DNA of 64,000 nucleotides from Squalus acanthias. Its lineage: Eukaryota. The stretch covers positions 129,272,001-129,336,000 of the forward strand of contig CM059432.1 of the NCBI GenBank assembly GCA_030390025.1. The letters run 5' to 3'. Positions 13,300-26,276 of the stretch are shown one piece after another. Position 1 is the stretch's first letter. The number at the start of each line of letters is the position of its first letter. The notes under the pieces were generated by a model. The model did not search any database. It was given only the letters and a program-made list of their open reading frames with translations, and was not told the DNA's origin. Position numbers and translations under genes: made by a program.

Positions 13300-14080
13300 T
13301 CCTTCTCCTGCTCCATGGTTAGACCTTTTTATTATATCAAAGTTGTGGAGAAGGCAGCAGACAATCTTGGAGGCCTTGAGAGGTGTGTATTATAAGATGG
13401 ACAGGCTGCTTCAAGATGCCAATGCTGTGCTTAATAGTGGGTGCTGGGGCCTTGTTCTACCTGCACTCAGGTTCTCTCCATGGATAGCACAAGGGTGTCA
13501 TAGGCCAACCCTGACAAGGGGGATCTTGGTCTCTGAGGAGCCATCCTTCCAGTCACTTCAAATAAGCCTGACACGGATGATTGTCGGACAATGAAAGCAG
13601 CCATTGACTTGCTTGATCCAGTATTGGTGATCACTGACCAGCTGCACATGATCGAGTAAAACCCCTTTGTATTCATGTAGGCCATTGTCCCTGGGAGGGC
13701 AGATGGCAACATCAATTATCTCCTGTGCATTTGGAAATCCCGTAGCGAGGTGAAATTGGCCAGTTGAATTATGCTGTGGTTGCAGGTCAGTGAAAAAGGA
13801 GATGAAGGTATTGATCCTGCTGAATTAAGCTTTAGTCTGATATTTCTGTGGACAACAAATTGGCTGATAATGGTGATGTCCCCTGTGCAAGCCTGAAAGG
13901 AGCTGCAGGCATAAACATTGAGGGCTGCAACCACTCTGACCGCCATTGACAGTACCATCTGTATGTTTGAGGTTATCTGCAGCTCTCTGTAACTGTCTCT
14001 CTGCTAAACCCGAGCCTTAGGATGGAATGCTCTTCAGTTGTACCTGAGATTGTCAATGGGTGGCATAACAGCAGCTTAAG
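13300..14080 (-). pseudogene. Degenerate HARBI1-like (PIF/Harbinger DDE) transposase
   Basis: Minus-strand motifs in the expected order: LSMAVRVVAALNVYACSSFQACTGDITIISQFVVH; YMNTKGFYS..VQLVSDH; GWLLRDQDPPCQGWPMTP (cf. GWLLGDxGYPLxxWLMTP). Lies inside an element starting GGGGGTAGAGTTTCC at 13124. Confidence 0.75.
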
Positions 14081-15165
14081 ACATCACACCTCTGGTGCCA
14101 TCTAACATCCCTGGCAGCCCTTCCTTGATCCTGCTCCTTCTGGTCCTCCTCCACTAGAACATAGGAAATTGACAGGGTAGGAAAAAATCAGCTGGTCCAT
14201 CAAACCTGCCCCACACCACGATGGCAGGAGCATCATGACTAAATACTTTCCCCCCCCCCCCTCATCGCGCCCCCCACAACCCACAGCCATGTAATAAGTG
14301 GTAGGAGAGCACCGTAAACAATCCCCCTTGCTGTAAACTTTCTGACAGCAAACCGAGTCGACATGGCTGCTGCTGCCTTTTGATCCCCAATATGTGAGAT
14401 CCCACCTGAGCTCCAACACACATTTCATGTAGGCGAGATCAGTCTATCATGTGTGCGATTTTTAAAGACTGCACTCTTAACAAGTAATAATCCCCCAAAC
14501 TGCATGAATAACAAGCCTAATGTACAGTCTGTGAGCTGATCGCAAATCACCAGCTCAAAAGCCTCGGAGCAATTTCAGGACAGGCATCAGCGGGTGGGAA
14601 TGATGTGAACTCCCGAATTCCCGACATTGCAGATGAGTGTTGCATAATTACCACCAGAGTAAAGTTTCACACCGACAGCAATTTATAGGTGCAGAAAGCT
14701 AGTCGTGGCTTGTTTTCTTTCCTTTCAGCGGGGCGTGTGTGACTTACAGGTTTTCTTCAGGGCTGGACCCTCAGCTAGGTGTACTTTGAGTTCCCTTTTA
14801 TTTGGAGTTTAGTTCTCATACTCTGGTTTCTGATTTTGATTGATGCCTAGTTCAAGTTTCCTCGGGGAAAAGTTGATTCAGAAATTGAGTTGAGAACCAT
14901 AAAGGTTTACAGCACAGAGGGAAGCCATTCAGACCATTGTGGCCACTCTTTGCGAGAACAATCTAAAACTAATCCTGCTGCCCCGTACTCTCCTTATAGT
15001 CGTGCATTTTCTCTCTGCTTCAAATATTTATCCAATTTTCTGGTTATCCAAGATGCAATGGTCCCTTTAAGGACTGGCGGTTAGGCTGCTCAATGCCAGG
15101 ACACATGGGCAGAACATGTGCACACTACACCAACGTATCCCTGAAAGTTACAAGTAACGTCCTAA

Positions 15166-15515
15166 AGAAAGAAAGACTTGTATTTGTACAGTGCCTTCCA
15201 CAACCACCGGACGTCCCAAAGCACTTTACAGACAATGAAGTACTTTAAGTGTAGTCATTGTTGTAATGTGGGAAACGCGGCAGCCAATTTGCGCACAGCA
15301 AGCTCCCACAAACAGCAATGTGATAATGACCAGATAATCTGTTTTTGTTGATTGAGGGATAAATATTGGCCAGGACACCAGGGATAACGCCCTTGCTCAT
15401 CTTCGAAATAGTGCCATGGGATCTTTTACCTCCACCTGAGAGAGCAGACGGGGCCTCGGTTTAACATCTCATCTGAAAGACGGCACCTCTGACAGCGCAG
15501 CACTCCCTAATACTA
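15166..15515 (-). mobile_element. SacSINE1-like SINE lacking head
   Basis: Tail plus Deu core matching 1118-1480. Confidence 0.85.
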
Positions 15516-15579
15516 ACTACGTCATAGGGCCGATTTTCACAATCAAGCGGCCGACTGCCTGAAACAGGCGGGCGCTAAT

Positions 15580-16032
15580 GACACTGTAACACATGGCAGA
15601 TGAAATTTAATGCAGAGAAGTGTGAAGTGATGCATTTTGGTAGGAAGAATGAGGAGAAGCAATATAAACTAAATGGTACAATTTTAAAGCGGGTGCAGAA
15701 ACAGAGAGACCTGGGGGTGTACGTATACTTTGAAGGCGGCAGGATAAGTTGAGAAGGTTGTTAAAAAGGCAGACAGGAACCTTGGCTTTATAAATAAAGG
15801 CATAGAGTACAAAAGCAAGGAAGTTATGCTAAACCTATATAAAACACTGGTTAGACCCCAGCTGGAATATTGTGGCCTTAGAGAGGATACAGAGGAAATT
15901 TACTAAAATGGCACCAGGGATAAAAGACTTCAGTTACATGGAGAGAATAGAGAAACTGGGGTTAATCATAGAGCAGGGAAGGTTAAGGGGAAATTTAATG
16001 GAGGTTTTCAAAATCATGAAGGGTTTTGATAG
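15580..16032 (+). mobile_element. CR1/HER-like LINE fragment (RT C-terminal region)
   Basis: Encodes WQMKFNAEKCEVMHFG...RDLGV...LYKTLVRPQLEYC, typical of CR1 ORF2. Confidence 0.85.
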
Positions 16033-17650
16033 TTTTTTTTAATTCATTTTATTTTATTTGCCTTGGCGAGTTGCTGCAGTGCATCTTGTAGATGGTACAC
16101 ACTGCAGGCACGGTACGCTGGTGGTGGAGGGAGTGAATGTTTAAGGTGGTGGATGGGGTGCCAATCAAGCAGGCTGCTTTGTCCTGGATGATGTTGAGCT
16201 TCTTGAGTGTTGTTGGAGCTGCACTCATCCAGGCAAGTGGAGAGTATTCCATCACACTCCTGACTTGTGCCTTATAGATGGTGGAAAGGCTTTGGGGAGT
16301 CAGGAGGTGAGACACTCAGCGCAGAATACCTAGCCTATGATCTGATCTTGTAGCCACAGTATTTATGTGGTTGGTCCAATTAAGTTTCTGGTCAATGGTG
16401 ACCCCCAGGATGTTGATGGTGGGGGATTCAGCGATGATAATGAAATTGAATGTCAAGGGGAGGTGGTTAGACTCTCGCTTGTTGGAGATAGTCATTGCCT
16501 GGCACTTATGTGGCGCGAATGTTACCTGCCACTTATCAGCCCAAGCCTGAATGTCTTCCAGGTCTTGCTGCATGTGGGTGTAGACTGCTTCATTATCTGA
16601 GGAGTTGCAAGTGGTACTGAACACTGAGCAATCATCAGCGAACATCCCCACTTCTGACCTTATGATGGAGGGAAGGTCATTGATGAAGCAGCTGAAGATG
16701 TTTGGGCCTAGGACACTGCCCTGAGGAACTCCTGCAGAGATGTCCTGGGGTTGAGATGATGGGCCTCCAACAACCACAACCATCTTCCTTTGTGCTAGGT
16801 ATGACTCCAGCCAGTGGAGCGTTTTCCCCCTGATTCCCATTGACTTCAGTTTTACTAGGGCTCCTTGATGCCACACTCGGTCAAATGCTGCCTTGATGTC
16901 AAGGGCAGTCACTCTCACCTCACCTCTGGAATTCAGCTCTTTTGTCCATGTTTTGACTAAGGCTGTAATGAGGTCTGGAGCCGAGTAGTCCTGGCGGAAC
17001 CCAAACTGAGCATCGGTGAGCAGGTTATTGGTGAGTAAGTGCCGCTTGATAGCATTGTCGACAACACCTTCCAACACTTTGCTGATGATTGAGAGTAGAC
17101 TGATGAGGTGGTAATTGGCCGGATTGGATTTGTCCTGCTTTTTGTGGACAGGACATACCCGGGCAGTTTTCCACATTGTCGGGTAGATGCCACTGTTGTA
17201 GCTGTATTGGAACAGCTTGGCTAGAGGTGCAGCTAGTTCTGGAGCACAAGTCTTCAGCATGACAGCTGTGATATTGTTGGGGCCCATAGCCTTTGCTGTA
17301 TCCAGTGCGCTCAGCCGTTTCCTGATATCACATGGAGTGAATCGAATTGGCTGAAGACTGGCTTCTGTGATGGTGGGGACCTCAGGAGGAGGCCGAGATG
17401 GATCATCCACTCGGCACTTCTGGCTGAAGATGGTTGTAAACGCTTAAGCCTTGTCTTTTGCATTCGTGTGCTGGGCTCCGCCATCATTGAGGATGGGGAT
17501 GTTCATGGAGCCTCCTCCTCCCTTCAGTTGTCTAATGGTCCATCATCATTCACGACTGGATGCGGCAGAAATGCAGAGCTTTGATCTGATCCATTGGTTG
17601 TGGGATCGCTTAGCTCTGTCTATAGCATGCTGCTTCCATTGTTTAGCATT
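16033..17650 (-). mobile_element. CR1-group LINE, same family as 3729-5502, with a 364-aa RT ORF
   Basis: ORF 16316-17410 holds the RT domain (GVPQGSVLGP, FADD); after one in-frame TGA it continues into ORF 16049-16315; most of the 3' UTR is deleted. Confidence 0.9.
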
Positions 17651-18302
17651 CAGGCAAGTGGAGAGTATTCCATCACATGTCTGACTTGTGCCTTGTAGGT
17701 GATGGAAAAGCTTTGGGGAATCAGAAGGTGAGTAACTCGCCGCAGAATACACAGCCTCTGACCTGCTCTTGTAACCACAGTATTTATGTGGCTGGTCTAG
17801 TTTAAGTTTCGAGTCCAAAGTGACCCCCAGGATGTTGATGGTGGGGGATTCGACGATGGTAATGAAATTGAATGTCAAGAGGAGGTGGTTAGACTCTCTC
17901 TTGTTGGAGATGGTCATTGCCTGGCATTTGTGTGGCACGAATGTTACTTGCTACTTATCAGCCTAAGCCTTGATGTTGTCCAGGTCTTGCTGCATGCGGG
18001 TACAGACTGCTTCATTATCTGAGGAATTGCAAATGGAACTGAACACTATGCAATCATCAGCGAACATCCCCCACTTCTGACCTTATGATGGAGGGGCGGT
18101 CATTGATGGAGCAGCTGAAGATAGTTGGACCTAGGACACTGTCCTGAGGAACTCCTGCAGCGATGTCCTGGGGCTGAGATGTTTGGCCTCCAACCACCAC
18201 AACCATCTTCCTTTGTGCTAGGTATGACTTCAGCCAGTGGAGAGTTTTTCCCCCTGATTCCCATTGACTTCAGTTTTACTGGGGCTCCTTGTTGCCACAC
18301 TC
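17651..18302 (-). mobile_element. Second internal fragment of the same LINE family, in tandem
   Basis: Repeats the sequence of ~16229-16880 (CAGGCAAGTGGAGAGTATTCC...GCCACACTC) with more indels. Confidence 0.85.
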
Positions 18303-18454
18303 AGGTGGTGTAGAGTTCTGGGGTGTCTGCTATATTTGCTTATGTGAAAACTTCTCCTGCAACCAATATGTGGGTAAGAATTCCACTTGTTGCTATGTGG
18401 AGTGGACATTATAAGTTTATTTATGAAGGTTTCTTGTGAAATCACAAACATATC

Positions 18455-18897
18455 ATCAGCCTTGGCTCAGTGATGGCACTTTTGTCTCTGAGTCAGAAGG
18501 TTGTGGGTTCAATTCCCACTCTTGAGACTTGAGCACAAAATCGAGGTTGACACTCCAGTGCAGTACTGAGGGAGTGCTGCACTGTTGGAGGTGCCGACTT
18601 TCAGAAAAGATGTTAATCCTAGATGGATATAAAAGTTCCTTTGCCCTATATCGAAGAAGAGCAGGGGACTTTTCCCAGACATCCTGGCCAATATATATCT
18701 CTCAACCAACATCACTAAAACAGATTATTGGGTCATTATCACATTGCTGTTTGTGGGAGCTTGCTGTGCACAAATTGACTGCCACTTTTCCTACATTCCA
18801 ACAGTGACTACGCTCCAAAAATACTTAATTGGCTGTAAATTGCTTTGGGACTTCCTGTGGTTGTGAAAAGGCGCTATATAAAAGCAAGTCTTTCTTT
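18455..18897 (+). mobile_element. Full-length SacSINE1-like SINE
   Basis: TCAGCCTTGGCTCAGTG head, GGTTCAATTCCC B box, Deu core with a small deletion, tail. Confidence 0.85.
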
Positions 18898-18991
18898 TAT
18901 AGCCTGACCAAACACATTTCCAATTTTTTGAGAAATCCTCACAAATGCACTTATGATGTCTGCCAGACATAACGAGCCGAGGAATTCTTAC

Positions 18992-19016
18992 CCCCCCCCC
19001 CCCCCCCCCCCCCCCA
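18992..19016 (+). repeat. Poly-C run (~25 nt)
   Basis: Directly visible homopolymer. Confidence 0.9.
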
Positions 19017-20046
19017 TGGTGGCTTTAAATAAAATGTTAGGGCACGCCATTCCAGCTAAGTCTGTCATCTGAGCCAACCATTTAAAATGTTCATGCTTTG
19101 TCTGTACAGATCCTACTATTGCAATGTGAAGCCTATTTTATTCATCAATGAGCATTCTTTCATTTCAGAGACCTGCTACCTCCCTGAAATAAGCAATGAA
19201 AGTTCACAATATCTGGCTACAAGCTTAAAAGACAAAAGCAATTTTAGTGTAAAAGTAAGTCATTAACATTTCTTTAATTAATATGATGTGGAGCTTCTAA
19301 ATCATAAGGTACCATGTAAAAAATGCCTTTGGACAAGCTGCAGTGACTGGTAAAGATTGTGTCTGTCGGCTTCAGTTACAGTGTACTGGTTGATGGAATT
19401 AGAGGAAGTTCAGGCAGCTTTACCAGACAATGAAACTGCTGACTACAACACATTAACCAGCCTCCCGGACGCTATCCCTTTTAACTCCGCCGTGTGTAGC
19501 ACAGGAATATGTCAGCCATCCGATTACACTAACATGATTCTGTGTAACTGTAACAGCAAATAATAACTCAGTACAAAGCACACTGAACCTGGGCGTGTAT
19601 AGTAACAGGATCTGAGGACAAAAACAGGAATAGCTCTCCTCATCATCACTCTGATATGGTGCTAAAAGGTTGACAAAAATCAGTATTTTCTATAATGGGT
19701 GATCTTTATTAAGCTACATTGTTCCCCCCTGTCTCTTCCCCCCTCTCTCCTCCCCCCACCTCCCAATATTTACATCTATTAGAATTCTGTTGTTAGGTTT
19801 CTGGGCTATAAAAGTGATCGAAAGGAAAAGTAAGCATTCTATTGCTAATTTATGAAGTGAACAATGAGTTCGGAAAATCTACATTCACGGTGCATTCACA
19901 CTGCTTTTACAGTCAGTCTCTATAGTTTTCAGATCCTGGAAATCAAACCTATAACCCTATAGTCTAAAGGTCACAGCGCCCTTTGGCAGAGGTTTAACCT
20001 GTCACCTCCTGACTGTCATTGATTAAATCATCACAACTGACTTAAG

Positions 20047-20442
20047 CAACAACAACTTGCATTCATATTGCGCCTTTAATGTAGTAAAACGTCCCAAGGT
20101 GCTTCACAGAAGCGTTATCAAACAGAATTTGACACCAAGCCACGTAAGGAGATATTAGGACAGGTGACCAAAAGCTTGTTCAAAGAGGTAGGTTTTAAGG
20201 AGCGTCTTAAAGGAGTGAGAGAGGTAGCGAGGCGGAGAGGTTTAAGGCGGGAATTTCGGAGCTCAGGGCCTAGGCAGCTGAAGGCACGGCCGCCAATGGT
20301 GGGCAAAGGAAATCAGGGTTACACAAGAGGCCAGAATTGGAGGAGCGCAGAGTTCTCGGAGGATTGTAGGGCTGGAGGAGGTTAGAGATAGAGAGGGGCG
20401 AGGCCATGGAGGGATTTAAACACCAGGATGAGAAGATTAAAA
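20047..20442 (-). mobile_element. L2 LINE 3' end
   Basis: (CAA)n tail, stem-loop GCGCCTTT...GTCCCAAGG, ORF2 C-terminal NLLQPYNPPRTLRSSNSGLL and GGRAFSCLGP. Confidence 0.8.
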
Positions 20443-21224
20443 GCACCATGATAAGGAAGTCTTGTCTACTACTGTCATTATGTAGGTTTCTCCACAGAAA
20501 CGAATCAGTGAGGACCAAGTGCTGAGTTCAAGAATCTTCAACAGGCAAAAGGAATGTGAGCATCTGGTCAAGCTTGAAAATATCCATTTAAGCTGAGTTT
20601 ATATCATCCATATACCATTCAGAGCAAAGTGATTCCAGCACCAGCCCTCAGCAGAACGGTTATAGAGGCAGCATCACACTTTCAGCGCCATCACTGCTAT
20701 GGTAGCACTCATCCTCTGGAGTTGTGTCACCAAGGCTCCAAGCTTCCTTCATTTAACTAAAATTCCCAGAAATGCAAACCGCAGTCAAAACACAGGATTG
20801 TGAGGGTGAGGTCTTTGAGTTTGTCAAAACCCTGTTTTCTTTTCTATTGGGAGAGAGAAGATCCTTGCATTCATGATAGCCAAGTTCCGCACTCATGAAG
20901 ACGGTCTCAATCGGGATCTTGGGTTTATGTCACGATACATGACGTGATCCGGACTCGAGTCGTCGTTGGCTTGTTCACAGATGTGAATCCCAGTAAAAAA
21001 GTAAAATTTTTAAAGTTAATCGTTTTACATACAAATGGCAGCTTTTGACACGTTAGAACCCCTGCGACTCCACCTCATTGTCTCAGTTGTATCTTGCTAT
21101 GTCTTTGATGTGGTACCTTCCTGGCTGACCTGATTAACTTTATCACACCTCGGCAGATAAACAGTCAGGATGATTGAATTTAGTTGTCTGCAATTGTAAG
21201 TTACACATGCATTGTTCTGTATCT

Positions 21225-21380
21225 ATATATGCTTTGACGATTCTGTATCTCCTCACTTCACCCGACGAAGGAGTTGTAACTCCGAAAGCTTGTGATTTAA
21301 AATAAAACTGTTGGACTATAACCTGGTGTTGTGCGACCTCTCAATTTTGTCCACCCCAGTCCAACACCGGCATCTCCGCT
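21225..21380 (+). mobile_element. Penelope-like element terminal fragment with degenerate hammerhead motif
   Basis: TCAC-CCGACGA-A-GGAG-TTGTAA-CTCC-GAAA-GCTT-GTGA followed by AATAAA and TGTTGGACTATAACCTGGTGTTGTG; has CCGA instead of CTGA. Confidence 0.6.
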
Positions 21381-23240
21381 TCATGTATTGTGCCAGAACT
21401 ATCTGGATTGCACTTCTGCTGAAATTACGCCAAAGTTTACGCCCGGTTTTATGGTGAACTTGCCAACTGCAACTTGCGCCAAAATTTCCTGAGAATCTTG
21501 TCAGCGTACACCGGAACGTAAAAACTGGCGTAAAACAAGCGGAAATCAGCATAAACAATTGGGGTCCAAGCAAAGTGCGGGACCTCATCCATCTTCCTTC
21601 TTTAAGTCCCTCTTTATCATCGGTACTATGACAATTAAAGATTGAAGCCACCAAACCATCATTTATGCATATTAAGCACAGCAGGGGAGATCTGGACTCT
21701 GTGCAATAGTGTAAAACGGGCGCTAGCAAATTGGCCGCCTGATTTACATCTCTCCCAATTTTTATTTCCATTGACTTCAATCAGGAGAGATGTAAAACAG
21801 GCTGCTGACTCACTATCACCCATTCTACACTATCACACAAAGTCACAAGTACCCCTCAGCACGTTTAAGAAGATACAATTGTGAAAGCTTTTCTCGTTTT
21901 AGTATAACAGATTCTGATGCCATAAAAAGACATTCAATTATATTAAAAATACAGTGCAGTTCTCAGCAAAACAACATCATTAAAAACACCAGAAATCATT
22001 GACATGAATCTTGTCATTCATGTGGAAATGACTTATGAAATAATACTGGGCGGCCTGCTGATGGCGCTGTCCAGGGAGAGTATAAATACTCGGGCATGGC
22101 CCCAGCTTGCTCAGGACATTCTTTAACAGGAACTAGTGAAGGACACAACTAGATCTCCATGTTGAAAAACAGTTGATTAAAGCTTTGTTTAACGCTTAGA
22201 CCAAGCGCCTAGTAGTTTTCTTACATCAGTCGTCACTTTGGATCCTGCTGTGCCTAAAATTTTGGTCTTAAATTTATGGCCATTCAGAACTGACATAAAT
22301 GCAGTCTTTTGCATGAGATGGGGCAGAGCTTTGTCCATGAGCTAAGTGGGATTCCGTCAGATGTGACTCGGGACTGGCGCAAATGATCAAAGAAATTCAA
22401 GCCTAGCAATGCTTCGGCGTAAAACCGACATACGCACCATTTCCTTGGGAAAAAAATGGCGCAACTCCATCATCCTCCTCCTGTGCCGTGGTGGATCTAC
22501 AGGAAAGGAGGATAGACTGGCACCAAGGTGAATTTATAACTAAAGGGGGAAATGGTTGCAGGTAGGGAAGCCTCTATGCGGCCTCCACTGACCTGCCACT
22601 GAGCATCCTGAAGGGAGGACTCAGCCTCACAGTGGAGAAGTCTCTTTGACAAAGCTTGTCACATGAGGAGCTGGATTAAGCAGCTGGTGATGAGTAAGGC
22701 TGAAATGTGGCATTGGATGTGTACATCAGAACATCAAGCTGACTGCCACATCTCTATATAGGTGCCCTACATCGGTCCAATCGCAATCACTGAGAGCTCT
22801 AAGACCTGGAATGAATGACCGCAGACTAAGTGTGAACTCATTTATCCAGGGTTCCATGATTGGGTAACAGAGAAGCAAGCAGCTTCTACTGAAGCTCTGC
22901 ATCTCCAACAGGTGAAACAATGCAATTTGGTGGGGTATGGTGTATGGCAAAGGTGTATAGTCAGGAGGATGTCAGTAAGACACTCGCCCCTTTTATATTG
23001 TGTTGTGCTGTATACCATTCTGCTTGTGAGCAGCTCCTAGTACCTGCTGCCCACCGTACAAGATCTGAAAACTGTGCTTGCGAGCACTCTAATGACCAAC
23101 TACTGACTATCCTCTTTGGGGGGTGTAAGGTTTTTTTTGTCGTGCTTGTATCACAGACGGTGCTGGTGCGAGGTTAGGCCTTCGTTGCCTAATACTATTG
23201 CTTGCTCTGGTCTCCGGCCAGCCTTGTTGCAATAAGCACC

Positions 23241-24780
23241 TGTGAGTGGTTCGACCCACTCGCCCTTACGGTTCTAACACTGGACTTAGGTGCGAGAGCA
23301 GTAATGCAGAGAAAAACTCAAATAGACCTGGTTGAATAGTACGAAATGGAAATCTTTATTGCATAGCGTCCAAAATCATGAAGTACATGTCATAGGCGCA
23401 AATTAACGAGAGTACAAGTATACATACATTCATAAAGCTTGGTCTATGGTAATGAAGAACGCACGGCACATCGTAAAAAGGGAAACACATTATACTTTAT
23501 CCTTAATAAAACCACCCTCCCTTATCAATACCTACACTACATCTAGATTTGTAGGATTGGGAAACATGCTCACCACTCGTGATACTTCGGAGAATTTTTT
23601 AAAGTGAGGCACTCGGCTCGTTCGCTGCAGCGCCTGACTGTCACGTGTTTGGAGGGGTTTCTGTACCCCACTTGTTTATCTTCGCTGCTGCGACAAGCAG
23701 GCCCGACTCCCTGTTGTCATGAAGAACTCGACAGAACTCGGACACGGTTCAAAGAAGAGTCTTCCTGTGCCCGACACCGGTTGTCGGTAGATTTCAATGA
23801 AGAGTCTTTTATTATATTTTCGGGTCCGGTCGGGGTTTACTGACCATGGCGGCACGTGGATTCTTCTTCTTCTCGTCTCGTTTCGTCTTGTCTCTTCGGG
23901 CCTTCGGGTCCAGACACCGTTTACCGACCCTCGGGATGGTGCACCCAGTCACTTGCCCTTGTCGAGGCGGCTCGTTTCGTTTGAGCTCCACCCAACATTC
24001 GAATAACCGACCAGTACGGCTAAAAGTCAAGAGTCAACAATGTCCAGCCCTAAGGAAGAGCTTCAGCAGTCATCAGCAAGATAAGAGAGTCAAGAGCTCG
24101 GAGAATAAAAGTCGAATCAAGAGTTCAGCCCGAGTCAAGAGACCGATGGACATTTGTTCACTATAGTTATAGTGCTGTGTTCCCTTATCTCCCGCTCAAA
24201 TCTTAATGTTTGTCCTTTGTGTAATATTGGCGCTCAAAACTCCCAGCATGGGGCGGTTGTCTTCTTTAACGGGTTTCGGTAGCACCTGAAACTGGCCAAC
24301 TACCCGTTAATGTTTTCCCCATTGTTGACCCGGCTAGGAGTCTCCCTGACTGGTTTTTGGGGCCTCCTCGAATACTGACTTAATCACCCGTGAATGGCTC
24401 TCTCATTGTAGAGCCGTGGGGGTATATGTGTATTGCTGTGTCTGGATGGGCCTTCGATTGCCCAGTACAATGGTCCTTACTTGTGCATGGAAAACGACTC
24501 CAGCACTTATATCTTTGCTATTGTTTCAAAATGCAAACAGGTTGCATCCTGTCTTTATCAATGTTTACCGAGTATGATCCAATCTTATACTGAAATGTTT
24601 ATTCGACGCCATCTTGTCTGCCCACTGTATTTCTGGAAGCTTCTGCCACGATGCGCGGTGGCCATTTTACAGGCTTCTGTGTCCTTTATAATCATGACAG
24701 CATTTCGTTTAAATAAACCGATCAAACGAATCTGCTTCTCTTTCGTTATTTTGAATCGCGATAATTGCGAAACTTTACAG
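23241..24780. mobile_element. Possible LTR/ERV-like CpG-rich insertion
   Basis: Starts TGTGAG; TTTATT (minus-strand polyA signal) at ~23355; CpG-rich, with repeated GTCAAGAG motifs at 24025-24142; no TSD or coding capacity confirmed. Confidence 0.35.
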
Positions 24781-24807
24781 GGGAACAGAAGCGGGGTCTC
24801 TTAGGGG

Positions 24808-25184
24808 GAGGGTTGCCAACTCTCCAGGATTGGCCTGGAGTCTCCAGGAATTGAAGATTAGTCTCCAGGACACTGCTGCGAGCAACCCGGGAGAAAAATC
24901 ATTGGAGCGTTAAAAAGAAATTGTGTGTTTTTTTCATTTTCTTTGAACACTTCCGTTTATTGATTACAAAATATTGGAGATGGGGGAAAAAGGCTGCCAG
25001 TCAAGAATCATCCAATCGGATAATGAAGAGTCTTTTCACTTTCCGACTGGTGTGGGAAGATGGGGCACCGTGAGGATGGAGGTGTTGGGCGACCAATGGC
25101 AGGAGCGTGGGGGCGGGGCAGTTGGAGGCAGGAGGTCATGTGATGAATCTCCAGGAATACATTCAACCAGAGTTGGCAACCCTA
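24808..25184. mobile_element. hAT-like MITE
   Basis: TIRs AGGGTTGCCAACTCT / AGAGTTGGCAACCCT; exact 8-bp TSD CTTAGGGG at 24800-24807 and 25185-25192. Confidence 0.85.
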
Positions 25185-25424
25185 CTTAGGGGTCAAAGTG
25201 ACTCCGAGATGACATATTTAGAGATGCAAGATCTGAGCCAAACCAACACTCTGCGGCAAACTGAGTAATTAGATATCTGAAGCAGTCTGAGCTGGGTGTT
25301 TAACAGTGGGCCGATCCAATATCATCTGCTCTACACCTCTGCTGAAGTTGAAAATTCCGCCGATGGTTCCCCTCAGGCTGACTACTTCCTGCCTGGGCCA
25401 GCCCCTCCCACTCCTACAGCAAGC

Positions 25425-25700
25425 CTTTTGCAATTTCTGTCCCTCTTGAAAGCATTGCTTCCTCCTGGGGCAGGGTCTTGAGCACCAGTTGCCCTTTGGT
25501 GCCTCGACTCAGCATCTTCTCTTCACGTGCGAGTCTAGGCAGTGAGTGTCCGTAGGCCGTTCGAACAAACCCACCCTATCTTCACCTGGTGTTCGCACAT
25601 GCACACTTCCCAACAGCGGTCTTTGGATAGTGACCAGGAGAAGAGACACTGGACTGAGTTTCACCTCTGTAGTCCAGTGACACTGAGGCCAATCATTGCA
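25425..25700 (-). mobile_element. Old AmnSINE2-like SINE fragment
   Basis: CTTCACGTGCGAGTCTAGGCAGTGAGTGTC...TGGATAGTGACCAGGAG...CTGAGGCCAAT, homologous to 9690-10125. Confidence 0.6.
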
Positions 25701-26276
25701 GACCAGCTGGTATCACGGATGAGGTTAGCCATTTCTTCCCCGTTAGAGAAGCCGCAGCTAATGCTAAAAATGGTTTCAATTCCAACACACGTGGCAGCAG
25801 GAAGGTTTCGGACATGGTGGCAGTCACGTTGTTGGTCACTGCTGATTGTTGTTTTTCCTTGTGGGGCCCGGAGGTGCACGCCACTGTCATTTTATGATAC
25901 TGGGAAAGTGAAATCAAAAATTGCTGTTCGTGCTGCTGAGTTCTGGAAACTCACCAATAAAAGCGCGCTGCCGCAGTTGGGCTCTGTGCAACGGTGTTAT
26001 TTGGCAATGGCGAACAGGAGCTGAATCATGCATTCATCTGGCTTCCATTTATTGCTGCAGATGGAGGATTAGTAGATAACTTCAAACTTTAGGTGAGCAA
26101 AAACTTTGGTTTCTATTACAGACTACGGCAGAATTAATAAGTCATGCAACATGTTCTAGGCCAGTTATACTGTATAGTTCATGCCGAAACAAAACGGTTT
26201 CCAGTTTTGAATCATTAATGTAATTTGGCTATGAAACAAACCTGAATTGAATTTAGGAAAGTGCATGGCCTCGGAG

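Noticed and set aside
22540..22970. Faint Harbinger transposase-like traces (also ~8800-8990)
   Set aside because: Too degenerate to support without an alignment.
25542..26024. 160-aa ORF
   Set aside because: Starts at GTG inside a SINE remnant; no recognisable domain or splice structure.
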